Shown: positions 21,343 to 30,984, counted from the first letter of the stretch. The stretch is 64,000 nt of DNA from Trueperaceae bacterium (GCA_965213705.1 OZ243913.1:2720001-2784000); one strand, 5' to 3'. Translations and numbers: made by a program. The notes: generated by a model not told the origin, from the sequence alone.

Positions 21343-24300
21343 ATGACGTTCCTACCCGTCCAGCCCCAAAACGCGCTCAACAAAGCGTTCCGCAAGGTCA
21401 AACCGAACCGCGCGGACTTCGAAACCTTCAAAACGCAGCTCGAAAACCTTACAAACAGTGTAAAGCCGCACGAGTCCGAAGAGTTCCACAAAAACCTCAT
21501 CACGGCTTTTCTCAAAAAAACCTACTACGACGGCCACTTTATCAACACCAAAGACCGCAACGACCTCGTCATTCACGAAGGCGTGACCGCCGACACGCCC
21601 GTCGGGGTCATCCTCGAAACTAAAAAACCCGGCAACAAGAGCGAGATGCCGTCGCCGACCGACCTCAACCGCAAAGCTTTACACGAACTCGTCTTGTACT
21701 ACCTGCGCGAGCGCGTCACAAACAAAAACTTAAACCTCAAACACCTCGTCGTGACGGACACTTACCAATGGTTCGTTTTCGACGCGAGCACGTTTGAAAA
21801 GACGTTCGTAGAAAACAGGGCCTTCGTCAAAACCTACGAGGACTTCGCGGCGGGGCGTTTGACGGGTACGAAAACCGAATTTTTCTACAACAACATCACC
21901 AAACCTTTTATCGCTCAGTTGGACGCGCCTTTACCCTTCACTTTTGTAGACCTGCGGGACTACTGGAGCAACTTGACAGACAGCGACTTGACAGGCGAGG
22001 ACGCCGAAAAGCGTCTCATCACCCTGTACAAGCTGTTTTCGCCCGAGCACCTGCTTAAACTTCCCTTCGCCAACGACAGTAACACGCTCGACAAGGCGTT
22101 CTACGCGGAGCTTTTGCACATCGTCGGCTTGACCGAGAAAAAGGTGGGCGGCAAAAAGCTCATCGTTCGGCAGGAAGAGCCGGACGACGCCTCTTTGATT
22201 GAAAACGCGATGATTCAGCTCGAGAACCTCGACAAGCTGAGCCGCTTGGAGCAGCCCGCCCACTACGGCGACAGCCGCGAAACCAGGCTTTTCAACGTGG
22301 CGCTGGAACTCGCCATCACCTGGGTCAACCGCGTGCTGTTCCTGAAGCTGCTCGAGTCCCAACTGCTGAGCTACCACAAAAACCAGAAAAACGTCCGGGA
22401 CGACTACGCTTTTCTCAACAGCAACCGCCTCAAAGACTATGACGAGTTGAACACCCTCTTTTTCGGGGTACTCGCCAAACCCGTAAACGAACGCCACGCG
22501 TCGGTGGCGGCTTTTCGGAACGTCCCGTACCTCAACTCGAGCCTGTTCGAACCCACCGAGTTGGAGCACCGGACCCTGGCCGTCAGCGCGCTCCGTGACG
22601 ACCGCGAACTTGAGCTTTACCCCGGCACGGTCCTAAAAGACGCGGACGGCAAAAAGCGTAGCGGCCGAATGACCACGCTCGCTTACCTGTTCGCGTTTTT
22701 GGACGCTTTTGACTTCAGCAGCGAGGGCTCGGAAGCGGTGCAAGAAGACGGTAAAAGGCTCATCAACGCCTCGGTGCTGGGCCTGATTTTTGAAAAAATC
22801 AACGGCTACAAAGACGGCTCTTTTTTTACGCCCGGTTTTATCACCATGTACATGTGCCGCGAAACGATACGCAGCGCCGTGGTGCAAAAGTTCAACAGCG
22901 ACAAGGGTTGGGACTGTCAGACCATCACCGAACTTTACAACAAAATAGACGACAAACAAGATGCAAACCGCATCGTCGACAGCCTAAAAATCTGCGACCC
23001 GGCGGTCGGCTCGGGGCACTTTCTGGTCAGCGCCCTCAACGAAATCGTCGCGCTGAAAAGCGAACTGAAAATCTTGATGGACGACGAGGGTAAGGTGTTG
23101 CGCGGCTACACCCTGGAAGTCAGCAACGACGAACTCGTCATTACCGACGACAACGGCGAACTGTTCGAGTACAAGCCGCAGAACGCGGAAAGCCAGCGCG
23201 TCCAAAAGACGCTGTTTCACGAAAAGCAGACGTTAATCGAAAACTGTTTGTTCGGCGTCGACATCAACCCGAACAGCGTCAAGATTTGCCGTTTGCGCCT
23301 GTGGATAGAGCTGCTAAAGAACGCCTACTACAAACCGGACGGGGCGCTCGAGACCCTGCCCAACATCGACATCAACATCAAAACGGGCAATTCGCTCATC
23401 AGCCGTTACGCCTTGGACGTAGACCTGAAACAGGCGCTTAAAAAAAGCGGCTTGAGCGTAGAGGCTTACCGCAACGCCGTCAGCACCTACCGCAACGCCG
23501 AAAGTAAAGACGTGAAGCGTAAGATGGAAATGCTCATTTCAGAAATCAAGCGGGCATTCAGAACTGAAATTATGTTTAATGACCGCAAGCTGCTAAGGCT
23601 AAACAAGCTTAAAGCGGACTTGAGTGTTGAACAAGAAGACCTGTTTGCTGACGAAGCGATACGCCAGCAGCGGGCAAAGCAAAGAGAAAAAGACTTAAAA
23701 GAGTTGGCAAAGCTCGAGCAAGAGGTAGCAGATATTCAGAACAACAAGGTCTTCGAGAACGCTTTCGAGTGGCGCTTCGAGTTTCCCGAAGTGTTGAATG
23801 ACAACGGCGATTTTGTCGGGTTTGATGTGATAATTGGCAACCCACCGTATGGCTTGTTGAACAAACGTCAAAACAAAACAACAAGCATAGATATTGCTTC
23901 TGACGAGCTGGACTTTTACAAGAACTTAGAGGAATATGCACCCGCTAAGGGCAATATTCTGAATGTATTTCGTCTATTTGTTGTGAGGAGCGTCAGTATA
24001 CTAAGAGCGCACGGATTTTTCTCGCAGATATTTCCTTTGGCATTTGCTGCAGACTTAACATCCAGCAAGCTGAGAGAACACCTTCTACAGAACACCCAAT
24101 TTATTAAGCTTGAAGCGTTTCCTGAAAGGGATGATGTAAACAACCGTGTGTTCGAAGCTGTTAAGATGTCAGTTTGCATATTGAACTTGACAAAAAGACA
24201 ACCCAACAGTGACCCGTTTCTTCTTCGCATTCATCAAAGTAATTTTGTTGATGACAAAAGTCCTCAAACGTATATATCGAGAGATGACATTCAACTTCTG

Positions 24301-25059
24301 GATACCTCAAACTACACAATTCCGCTGCTCAACGAACAAGACTTATCATTACTCAAAAAGGTCTACGCAAATTCAAAACGTATTTCAGACATCGGGCATT
24401 GCTACACAGGAGAAATAGATATGACTTTGGGTCGTCCGTATATCACAGATGATCCTAACAAAGCCGTAATGATTAAAGGTGCAATTCTGGACCGATACCT
24501 GTTGCGAACTAAAATGAGCCAAGGCGAAATAGAATTTTTGGATTCAAAAAAGTACGTTGAAGAAAACAGCGGAAGCAAATCCTCACACTATAAGCAGCCA
24601 AGAATTGTCATGCAGGGAATCACTGGTGTGAACGAAAAAACTCGTCTGAAAATGACTTACATTGATTCTGGAGTGTTCTGTGCAAACTCTGTCAACTACA
24701 TTGTTTTTGACAAGCCTTCGGTAAGTCCCAAATATGTCTTGGGCTTTTTGAATAGCAACCTATTGAACTTTGTTTTCTCAAAAAGTAGTACCAACAGCAA
24801 CGTCAACGGCTATGAGGTTGACAACTTACCCTTCACCGACAAGTATCCCGCCGACCAAACCGCCCACGACTGCATGACCCAAATGGTCGACGCCATGCTG
24901 GACTTGCACAAACAAAAGACCGCAGCTTCCGGCGACGCGCTCGCCGCTTTGGAAACCCGCATCACCGAGCTGGACGCTTCAATCGACACGCTCGTTTATG
25001 CGCTTTACGGGCTGAGCGAGGAAGAGGTTGAGATTGTAGAGGCGGCGGTGGCGGGGTGA
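21343..25059 (+). CDS. Type IIG (Eco57I-like) restriction endonuclease-methyltransferase
   Basis: N-terminal DL...ETKK nuclease motif, motif I DPAVGSGHF, GVDINP, motif IV GNPPY, C-terminal TRD and IDTLVYALYGL tail. Confidence 0.9.
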   Translation: MTFLPVQPQNALNKAFRKVKPNRADFETFKTQLENLTNSVKPHESEEFHKNLITAFLKKTYYDGHFINTKDRNDLVIHEGVTADTPVGVILETKKPGNKSEMPSPTDLNRKALHELVLYYLRERVTNKNLNLKHLVVTDTYQWFVFDASTFEKTFVENRAFVKTYEDFAAGRLTGTKTEFFYNNITKPFIAQLDAPLPFTFVDLRDYWSNLTDSDLTGEDAEKRLITLYKLFSPEHLLKLPFANDSNTLDKAFYAELLHIVGLTEKKVGGKKLIVRQEEPDDASLIENAMIQLENLDKLSRLEQPAHYGDSRETRLFNVALELAITWVNRVLFLKLLESQLLSYHKNQKNVRDDYAFLNSNRLKDYDELNTLFFGVLAKPVNERHASVAAFRNVPYLNSSLFEPTELEHRTLAVSALRDDRELELYPGTVLKDADGKKRSGRMTTLAYLFAFLDAFDFSSEGSEAVQEDGKRLINASVLGLIFEKINGYKDGSFFTPGFITMYMCRETIRSAVVQKFNSDKGWDCQTITELYNKIDDKQDANRIVDSLKICDPAVGSGHFLVSALNEIVALKSELKILMDDEGKVLRGYTLEVSNDELVITDDNGELFEYKPQNAESQRVQKTLFHEKQTLIENCLFGVDINPNSVKICRLRLWIELLKNAYYKPDGALETLPNIDINIKTGNSLISRYALDVDLKQALKKSGLSVEAYRNAVSTYRNAESKDVKRKMEMLISEIKRAFRTEIMFNDRKLLRLNKLKADLSVEQEDLFADEAIRQQRAKQREKDLKELAKLEQEVADIQNNKVFENAFEWRFEFPEVLNDNGDFVGFDVIIGNPPYGLLNKRQNKTTSIDIASDELDFYKNLEEYAPAKGNILNVFRLFVVRSVSILRAHGFFSQIFPLAFAADLTSSKLREHLLQNTQFIKLEAFPERDDVNNRVFEAVKMSVCILNLTKRQPNSDPFLLRIHQSNFVDDKSPQTYISRDDIQLLDTSNYTIPLLNEQDLSLLKKVYANSKRISDIGHCYTGEIDMTLGRPYITDDPNKAVMIKGAILDRYLLRTKMSQGEIEFLDSKKYVEENSGSKSSHYKQPRIVMQGITGVNEKTRLKMTYIDSGVFCANSVNYIVFDKPSVSPKYVLGFLNSNLLNFVFSKSSTNSNVNGYEVDNLPFTDKYPADQTAHDCMTQMVDAMLDLHKQKTAASGDALAALETRITELDASIDTLVYALYGLSEEEVEIVEAAVAG

Positions 25060-25304
25060 TTTATGACGTTGGCTTTAAGCCTCGAGCCCGCAAAGACCTG
25101 CAAGCGATTGATAAACGTGAAGCCGGGCGTATCATCGAAAAGATTGAGGCGATGCGCGAGGATTTGACAGGCGACGTAAAGAAGCTGACCGATTTCACGC
25201 CGGATTATCGCCTGCGTGTTGATAACTACCGGGTTTTGTTCGCACTCGAGGATAATAGGATTGTCATCTACCGCGTTCGTCACCGCAAAGACGTTTATAA
25301 ATGA
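25056..25304 (+). CDS. RelE/ParE family toxin
   Basis: ARKDL...DVKKL...YRLRVDNYRVLF...HRKDVY. Confidence 0.88.
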   Translation: MIYDVGFKPRARKDLQAIDKREAGRIIEKIEAMREDLTGDVKKLTDFTPDYRLRVDNYRVLFALEDNRIVIYRVRHRKDVYK

Positions 25305-25318
25305 GAAAGGATTGCCCC

Positions 25319-25630
25319 GTGGCTGATTTGGCGTTACATCCAGAGTTTTTGGTTAAAAACGGCAAAAGAGAATTTGTCGTGCTGCCTTATGAAGAGTTTG
25401 AGGCGTTGCAAGAGGTTCTTGCCGACGCTTCCGACCTCATCGACTTACGCGACGCCAAAGAGACCGAAGGGGACGCTCCTACTGTGTCATTGGAAGAAGT
25501 CAAGAGGCAGTTGGGTTTGTCTGCTCTGGACTTGGCCGAAGACCTGGTGGGCAGTGTAGAGGACGGAACGAGTGACCTAGCGACGAACCCTGAACACCTG
25601 AATGGTTACGGCAAAGAAGAAACAGTATGA
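25319..25630 (+). CDS. Antitoxin partner of RelE, with fused C-terminal extension
   Basis: LHPEFLVKNGKREFVVLPYEEF...VSLEEVKRQLGL; paralogous to 26416-26625. Confidence 0.7.
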   Translation: MADLALHPEFLVKNGKREFVVLPYEEFEALQEVLADASDLIDLRDAKETEGDAPTVSLEEVKRQLGLSALDLAEDLVGSVEDGTSDLATNPEHLNGYGKEETV

Positions 25631-25848
25631 ATCAACTCAAGGTGATTGTCGAAAAGCACGAGGACGGCTACGTCGCTTACCCGCTCGGGCTCAAAGGTGT
25701 TGTCGTGGGTCAGGGTGACAGCTACGAAGAAGTCATGGCGGATGTGAAGTCGGCGATTGCGTTTCATCTCGAGACGTTTGGTAGCGACATGCTCGAGGAC
25801 TCGCCGGTGTTGGAAGCATTTGTCGCCGAGACGGTGGCGGGCGTGTAG
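25627..25848 (+). CDS. HicB-like antitoxin
   Basis: VIVEKHEDGYVAYP...GQGDSYEEVMADVKSAIAFHLE. Confidence 0.8.
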   Translation: MNQLKVIVEKHEDGYVAYPLGLKGVVVGQGDSYEEVMADVKSAIAFHLETFGSDMLEDSPVLEAFVAETVAGV

Positions 25849-26094
25849 GTGAAAGGGTTGACGCACCCAAAGCGAAGGTCGTGAAGGCGTTACAGCTTCT
25901 TGGCTTTGAGATGGTCCGCGAACGGGAGCATATAGGGGGGGCACACAGCCATGATTCGGCACAATGCGGACGGAACCAAAACACCTCTTACCCTGCCTAA
26001 CCACAAAACTATCAAAGGCTCGACGCTGAGAACGATTTGTACACAAGCAGGTATCGCTCGAGGGGACTTTCTAAAAGCTTATGAGCAAACGTGA
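25849..26094 (+). pseudogene. HicA-like toxin, frameshifted
   Basis: VDAPKAKVVKALQLLGFEMVREREHI in one frame and AMIRHNADG..PLTLPNHKTIKGSTLRTICTQAGI in another; start also out of frame. Confidence 0.75.
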
Positions 26095-26160
26095 GGCAAT
26101 TGACGCAGTCACGACGCGAACCGAAGAGGTGATGGCGGTGCTCGAGGCGATGGTGGCGGG

Positions 26161-26406
26161 GTGACTTACAAGCTTGACCTAACCAAGCGTGCCGACAAAG
26201 ACTTGCAAAAATTGCCCGTGGGGGTTCAGGAACGTGTCGCCAAGGGGCTGAGGTTGCTACGAAACGATTTGCAGGGCGACGTGAAGAGGCTGACGAACTT
26301 CACTCCTGAGTACCGCTTGCGCGTGGGAAACTACCGAGTTTTGTTTGAAATTGAGGATAATACAGTGGTAATTCAACGCATCCTGCACCGTAAAGATGCC
26401 TATTAA
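26161..26406 (+). CDS. RelE/ParE family toxin (second copy)
   Basis: ADKDL...DVKRLTNFTPEYRLRVGNYRVLF...HRKDAY. Confidence 0.88.
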   Translation: MTYKLDLTKRADKDLQKLPVGVQERVAKGLRLLRNDLQGDVKRLTNFTPEYRLRVGNYRVLFEIEDNTVVIQRILHRKDAY

Positions 26407-26415
26407 GGAGTAATA

Positions 26416-26625
26416 ATGGACGTTTTGGAACTGCACCCCTCATTTATTGAGCGAGAGGGTAAAAAAGAGTATGCGGTCCTGCCGATAGACGAGTTTGAAC
26501 GGCTACAAACCTTTATTGAGGACGCTCGAGACTTGTTCTTGCTTAGACAGGCAAAGGCTGAGGACGACGGTGAAAGAATCTCTTTGGCTGAGGTAGAAGC
26601 GCGTTTAGGACTGACCTCTGACTGA
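26416..26625 (+). CDS. Antitoxin partner of RelE (second copy)
   Basis: AAGGAG RBS; LHPSFIEREGKKEYAVLPIDEF...ISLAEVEARLGL. Confidence 0.75.
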   Translation: MDVLELHPSFIEREGKKEYAVLPIDEFERLQTFIEDARDLFLLRQAKAEDDGERISLAEVEARLGLTSD

Positions 26626-26695
26626 CTGGAGTTTGTGACGCACTTTTCTGTAACTTTGCGGGCGTAGTGCAGAGGTCAAAGTTGTGAAGAACATC

Positions 26696-26805
26696 ATGAA
26701 ACGTCTCAAAGTGATTGTCGAAAAGCGCGAGAACGGCTACGTCGCTTACCCGCTCGCACGCTCCTCAAAATTGCCGCCAAACACCCTGAACTGGTGCTCG
26801 AGGTC
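26696..26805 (+). pseudogene. HicB 5' fragment joined to an HTH-antitoxin 3' fragment
   Basis: MKRLKVIVEKRENGYVAYPL (near copy of 25627 gene), then ARTLLKIAAKHPELVLEV in another frame. Confidence 0.6.
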
Positions 26806-26869
26806 AGCAAACAACCCGAAAGAAGCGCGTTTCACCGTCAAACTTTTGAGTTTTCCGTGCAGCGAAAAA

Positions 26870-26946
26870 TGGCGCTCCCGACAGGAGTCGAACCTGTGAC
26901 CCACCGCTTAGGAGGCGATTGCTCTATCCAACTGAGCTACGGGAGC
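26870..26946 (-). tRNA. tRNA-Arg(CCT)
   Basis: GCTCCCG acceptor, atcgc-CT-CCT-AA-gcggt, GGTTCGACTCC, CCA. Confidence 0.96.
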
Positions 26947-27008
26947 GCGCTAGCAGCTTTTACAGTTTAGCGAGTTTTTTGGGTGCGGGCAAGGTTGGGT
27001 GCCGAGGA

Positions 27009-27572
27009 TTAGCGTTTGTCCCAGGGCCGCAACACGATTTGGCCGTCTACGAGGTGCGCGACCTCCGGCCCTTTGGCTTCGCCGCCGTCACCGCCGGCCC
27101 GGGCGAGTGCGCCCGCGATGCGCAGTTGCGGGCTCAGGATGCGCTGCGCCCAGATGAGGGCGGCCTCGTTGCCGGCCGCGCCCGCGTGGGCGACGCCCCG
27201 CAGCGTGCCGAGCACGATGATGTCGTCTTCGGCGACGATTTCTGCGCCCGCGTTGACGTCGCCCAGAATGACGGCCGAGCCGGTCGACTCGAGCCGCCCC
27301 CCACTCCGCACCGTGCGCGCGACGATGACGGTTTCGCCCTTGGCCTGCACGACCGCGCTCGTCGGGCGCACCTCGACGAGTTCGCCGCCCGCTTCGGCTA
27401 CTTTTTCTGCGACCGCTGCGACGACACCCCAGGGGACGCGTTCGGTCAGCTCGAGCATCACCTTGTTGCTCAGCAGTTCGCGGTGGTCGGCCCAAACGTC
27501 TGCAAGCGTTTCTACGGTGTCGTCGCGGTCCAAACTCAGCAAAATGCCGCCGCGCGTCCCCCTAGTTTTCAT
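27009..27572 (-). CDS. minC: Septum site-determining protein MinC
   Basis: RTVRSG, GDVNAGAEIVA, GTLRGVAHAG, QLRIAG, PEVA. Confidence 0.88.
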   Translation of the reverse strand: MKTRGTRGGILLSLDRDDTVETLADVWADHRELLSNKVMLELTERVPWGVVAAVAEKVAEAGGELVEVRPTSAVVQAKGETVIVARTVRSGGRLESTGSAVILGDVNAGAEIVAEDDIIVLGTLRGVAHAGAAGNEAALIWAQRILSPQLRIAGALARAGGDGGEAKGPEVAHLVDGQIVLRPWDKR

Positions 27573-29346
27573 CTTCGACTCCAAAGTACTGCGCTAAAAA
27601 GTCGCGCCCGGCGGGCACGGCCGTGGCGGTGCTCTTGTCGCCGTTTTCTATAAAGACGGTCCACACGATATCAGGGTCCTCCAGGGGCGCGTAGCCCGTA
27701 AACCAGACGTGATCATACCCCAAGCCCCGCGCGTTCTGCGCCGTGCCCGACTTGCCCGCCACGTCGATGGGAAAAGCGCGCGGCCCCAGCACATATTGGG
27801 TGCCGTAGTCGGTAATCATCTTGCGCATTCCGGTCTGGAGCGTGTCCCAGTACCGGCCGGACACTTGCGTTACTTCGGGCGTGCGAATTTCGCCGCCGAC
27901 TTTTTTGACGAGGTGCGGCTGTACCCGGCGGCCGTTCTCGGCGATGGTCTCGACGAGTTGCGCCACCTGCACGGGCGTCGCCAGCAAGTCGCCCTGACCG
28001 ATGACCGAGTTGAGGGTAAAACCCGGCAGCCAGCCGTACTCGTAGTGCTCATTCGCCCAGGCCTCGTCGGGAATGCGGCCCGCCTTTTCTTCGAGCAGCC
28101 CCACACCCACTTGTTCGCCGTAGCCGAGTTCGTGCGCGCGCTTGACGAGCGCGTCCATAAACGGCGACCAGCCCGCCTTGCGCGCGCCGGGTGTGTCGAG
28201 CGCCGCCAGCCAGTAGTACGTGTTGCAACTGTCGGCAAGCGCGCCCGTGACGTCGTAAGAACCGCGCGACGACGGGTACGACCAGTTGTCCCAGCGAATC
28301 CCGCCGAAAGTGATGCTCGCCGCACAGCCGTACTGCTTTGTCGGCGACACGAAGCCGTCTTCGACGAGCGCCGAACTCGTCACGAGTTTGAAGGTCGAAG
28401 CGGGCGGGTAAGTTTCGACCGTCCGGTTGCTCATCGGCAGGTTAGTCGTGTCGCTCAGGACGGCCTTGACTGCGACCGGGTCGCTGGGCCGTTTGGTGAA
28501 CACGTTCTGGTCGAAGGTCGGGCTGCTCGCCATCGCCAAAATTTCGCCCGTGTCGGGGTCCACCGCGACAAGCGCGCCGCGTACCAAGGTCTCCAGCGGC
28601 AGCCCGCGCGCTTCGCGTTGCGCGTTGACGTAACTCAGCGCGCCGGCGAGGGCGTCCTCGGCCATCCGCTGCACTTTGGGGTCGAGGGTCAACACCAGGT
28701 CGCGGCCGGGGCGGACCGGCTTTGTTATTCGGGACTCTAAGACGACGCCGTGGTTGTCGACCTGCACTTCGGTGGTTCCGGCCTCGCCGAACAGTTCGTC
28801 TTGAAAGCTCGCCTCTATCCCCATCACGCCGACGAGGTCGTCCAGGGCGTAGCCGGGAAAGCGGCCCTTGGCCTCGGCCGTGTAGCCCACCACCTGCGCC
28901 GCTAAGTTCGTCGGGTAGGTGCGCTCGACCCGTTCGCGCAAATACAGGTTGTCCTGGCCCGCCACGAGTTCTTCGACCGCCGGAACGAGGTCGTCGGGCA
29001 CGTTGTAGGCGGCGACCGCGCCGAACTGGGCTTGCTCCAAGTCGCTGCGGTCGGGCGGCGCGGGCTCGCCCTGTAAGTTGAGCAAGTAGGCCAGCCGCCG
29101 CCAGTTGCGAACCTCGCCGCCCCAATACATCAGGTCGTAGGCAATGCGGTTGTCGGCCAGCACGGTGCCGTCCCGCGCCAAGATGCGCCCCCGCAGCGGC
29201 GTGGCCCGTTTTTCGACCCGCACGTTCTGGTCGCTCTGCAGACTCAGCGTTTCGGCCATCACCACCTGCAGGTACATAAGGCGAGCCGTAAACAGTACCA
29301 GCACGGTAAAGATGAGCGCGAGCAGCAAGCGTAGCCGCGTTATCAC
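27562..29346 (-). CDS. mrdA: Penicillin-binding protein 2
   Basis: RGRILARDG, PASTFK (SxxK), SCN, KSGTAQ. Confidence 0.88.
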   Translation of the reverse strand: MITRLRLLLALIFTVLVLFTARLMYLQVVMAETLSLQSDQNVRVEKRATPLRGRILARDGTVLADNRIAYDLMYWGGEVRNWRRLAYLLNLQGEPAPPDRSDLEQAQFGAVAAYNVPDDLVPAVEELVAGQDNLYLRERVERTYPTNLAAQVVGYTAEAKGRFPGYALDDLVGVMGIEASFQDELFGEAGTTEVQVDNHGVVLESRITKPVRPGRDLVLTLDPKVQRMAEDALAGALSYVNAQREARGLPLETLVRGALVAVDPDTGEILAMASSPTFDQNVFTKRPSDPVAVKAVLSDTTNLPMSNRTVETYPPASTFKLVTSSALVEDGFVSPTKQYGCAASITFGGIRWDNWSYPSSRGSYDVTGALADSCNTYYWLAALDTPGARKAGWSPFMDALVKRAHELGYGEQVGVGLLEEKAGRIPDEAWANEHYEYGWLPGFTLNSVIGQGDLLATPVQVAQLVETIAENGRRVQPHLVKKVGGEIRTPEVTQVSGRYWDTLQTGMRKMITDYGTQYVLGPRAFPIDVAGKSGTAQNARGLGYDHVWFTGYAPLEDPDIVWTVFIENGDKSTATAVPAGRDFLAQYFGVEDEN

Positions 29347-29831
29347 AGGAGTTCCTTGCGTAAACCGGTTCGGTCCATAAGCGCCTCACCCCAGGGTAAC
29401 AGCCATAGCGCGAACAACAGTGTAAAAAGGGCCTCGAGCGGAAAAATGTCGAGTACGCCGCGCAACGCGTAAAAGGTGCCCGTCTGCCACACCAAGAGCG
29501 GCGCGACGGCCAGCCACTTCCCCACGACCGCCGCCAACACCGCCAACGAACGTTCAAAAAAGCTCGTTTGGCTGAGCTGCGCGCGCACCAGCAACGCCGC
29601 CACCGCGCCGCCTGAGAGCCCGAGCGCGTGCAAGCCTAAGTACGCGCCCCCAAAGGCGTCTTGCAACAACCCTATCCCGTAAGCCAACAGCACGAGTTGC
29701 CACGGCGGCAGCCGCCAGAGCAGCGTCAGCACGGCGACGAGAAACAAGTCCGGCGCGGGGTAAGGCGCGAGCGCCGCACCCCAGAAACTTTGTGCCAACA
29801 GCAGAAACAGGTAATAAAACACGAGCCGCAT
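29343..29831 (-). CDS. mreD: Rod shape-determining protein MreD
   Basis: Hydrophobic, PDLFL, GLLQD, LGLHAL; directly upstream of mrdA. Confidence 0.75.
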   Translation of the reverse strand: MRLVFYYLFLLLAQSFWGAALAPYPAPDLFLVAVLTLLWRLPPWQLVLLAYGIGLLQDAFGGAYLGLHALGLSGGAVAALLVRAQLSQTSFFERSLAVLAAVVGKWLAVAPLLVWQTGTFYALRGVLDIFPLEALFTLLFALWLLPWGEALMDRTGLRKELL

Positions 29832-29994
29832 CTCGCCCGTAGTGTATCCCGAGTTTGCGTGTTCGGGGTTTCGAGCGGTCGTCTCGAGGCGGCTCTCGCC
29901 AAAAGACCTACGCAACAACCGGAAATACCCTTTTTCACCGTTCGTTTTTGGGGCTGAAAGGCTGCGTGGTTTTGCCGGGTGGTATAAGAGGCTC

Positions 29995-30984
29995 ATGCTT
30001 TTTCGCCCCGAAAAACCCTTCTTAGCGCACCCGCTTCGGTGTTTGCATGTAGGTCTCGTCCTGGCAGCTTGCCAACTCGGTATGACGGCGGCCCAAACCT
30101 TCGGCGTGGCGCTGAGCCGCACGCCCACCCTCGAGCCCGCAGTGACGCTGACCGACCTGGAACTGGGCGACCACAAGGTCGATATAAGACTGGCGGGCGG
30201 CGTGGCGGGGCCGCTCGAGCTGGGCGTCAGCGCCCGCGAAACGACCTCGTTTGGGCCGCTCGGCAACCTGACGGTGAGCAGTGACGCAAAACTGGACAGC
30301 AGCGGGCGGTTCGAGTTCTCTTTAGGCGCGCAGGGCGTCGTCGCTGCGGTAGCGGCGCGGGCGCGGCTGAGTCTCTTCACCGCCGAGGTCGGTCGTTTTG
30401 AAATATCTGAAGTCTATGTGGAAGAAGCGAGGCCGTTTTTGCTCGCCGAACCCCTCGACTTCGGCGCGGCCCTCGACCTGGGCGCGAGTTACCGCTTCAG
30501 CCGCAGGTTCATCGTGACCGCCGAGCCGTCTTTGTACCTGACAGACGTGGGCGGTCTCGGCGGGCGGCTGGCGCTCGAGGGCCGGTTCGTCAAGGTGGTC
30601 GGCCCGGACGACCTGCGCGCTGGGGCGCTTTTCTACTTCGGTCCGGCGGGTAACCCGTTCGGCGCGGTGGGCGCGGAGTACAACCTCAACCGCCGCAGCT
30701 TACCGAGCGCGAGCTTGGCGGTGTGGGCGGGGCTGAACGCCGAGGGTTTGAGCCCGGGTGCGCGTGTGCAACTCAGCCAAACCCTGAAAAGCCTGAACTC
30801 GAGCTACAGCTTGACGTTGGCCACCGAACCCTACCGGACGGACCTGCTGCCTTACCGCGCCGCCGCGACCTACCGCCAGAACCTGGGGGTGGGCGCGTTG
30901 GAGGCGTCCTTTTACGGCACGCTCTCGTCGCGCGCGGGTGTGCCCGCGGTCAGCTTTCTCGTCGGGTATTCTCTGCCCTTCTAA
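29995..30984 (+). CDS. Hypothetical exported, possibly outer-membrane beta-strand protein
   Basis: Signal peptide, alternating beta-strand pattern, C-terminal YSLPF. Confidence 0.6.
   Translation: MLFRPEKPFLAHPLRCLHVGLVLAACQLGMTAAQTFGVALSRTPTLEPAVTLTDLELGDHKVDIRLAGGVAGPLELGVSARETTSFGPLGNLTVSSDAKLDSSGRFEFSLGAQGVVAAVAARARLSLFTAEVGRFEISEVYVEEARPFLLAEPLDFGAALDLGASYRFSRRFIVTAEPSLYLTDVGGLGGRLALEGRFVKVVGPDDLRAGALFYFGPAGNPFGAVGAEYNLNRRSLPSASLAVWAGLNAEGLSPGARVQLSQTLKSLNSSYSLTLATEPYRTDLLPYRAAATYRQNLGVGALEASFYGTLSSRAGVPAVSFLVGYSLPF

Noticed and set aside
27009..29831. mreD-mrdA-minC without adjacent mreBC or minDE
   Set aside because: Split cell-shape clusters are ordinary; the partners are probably elsewhere in the genome
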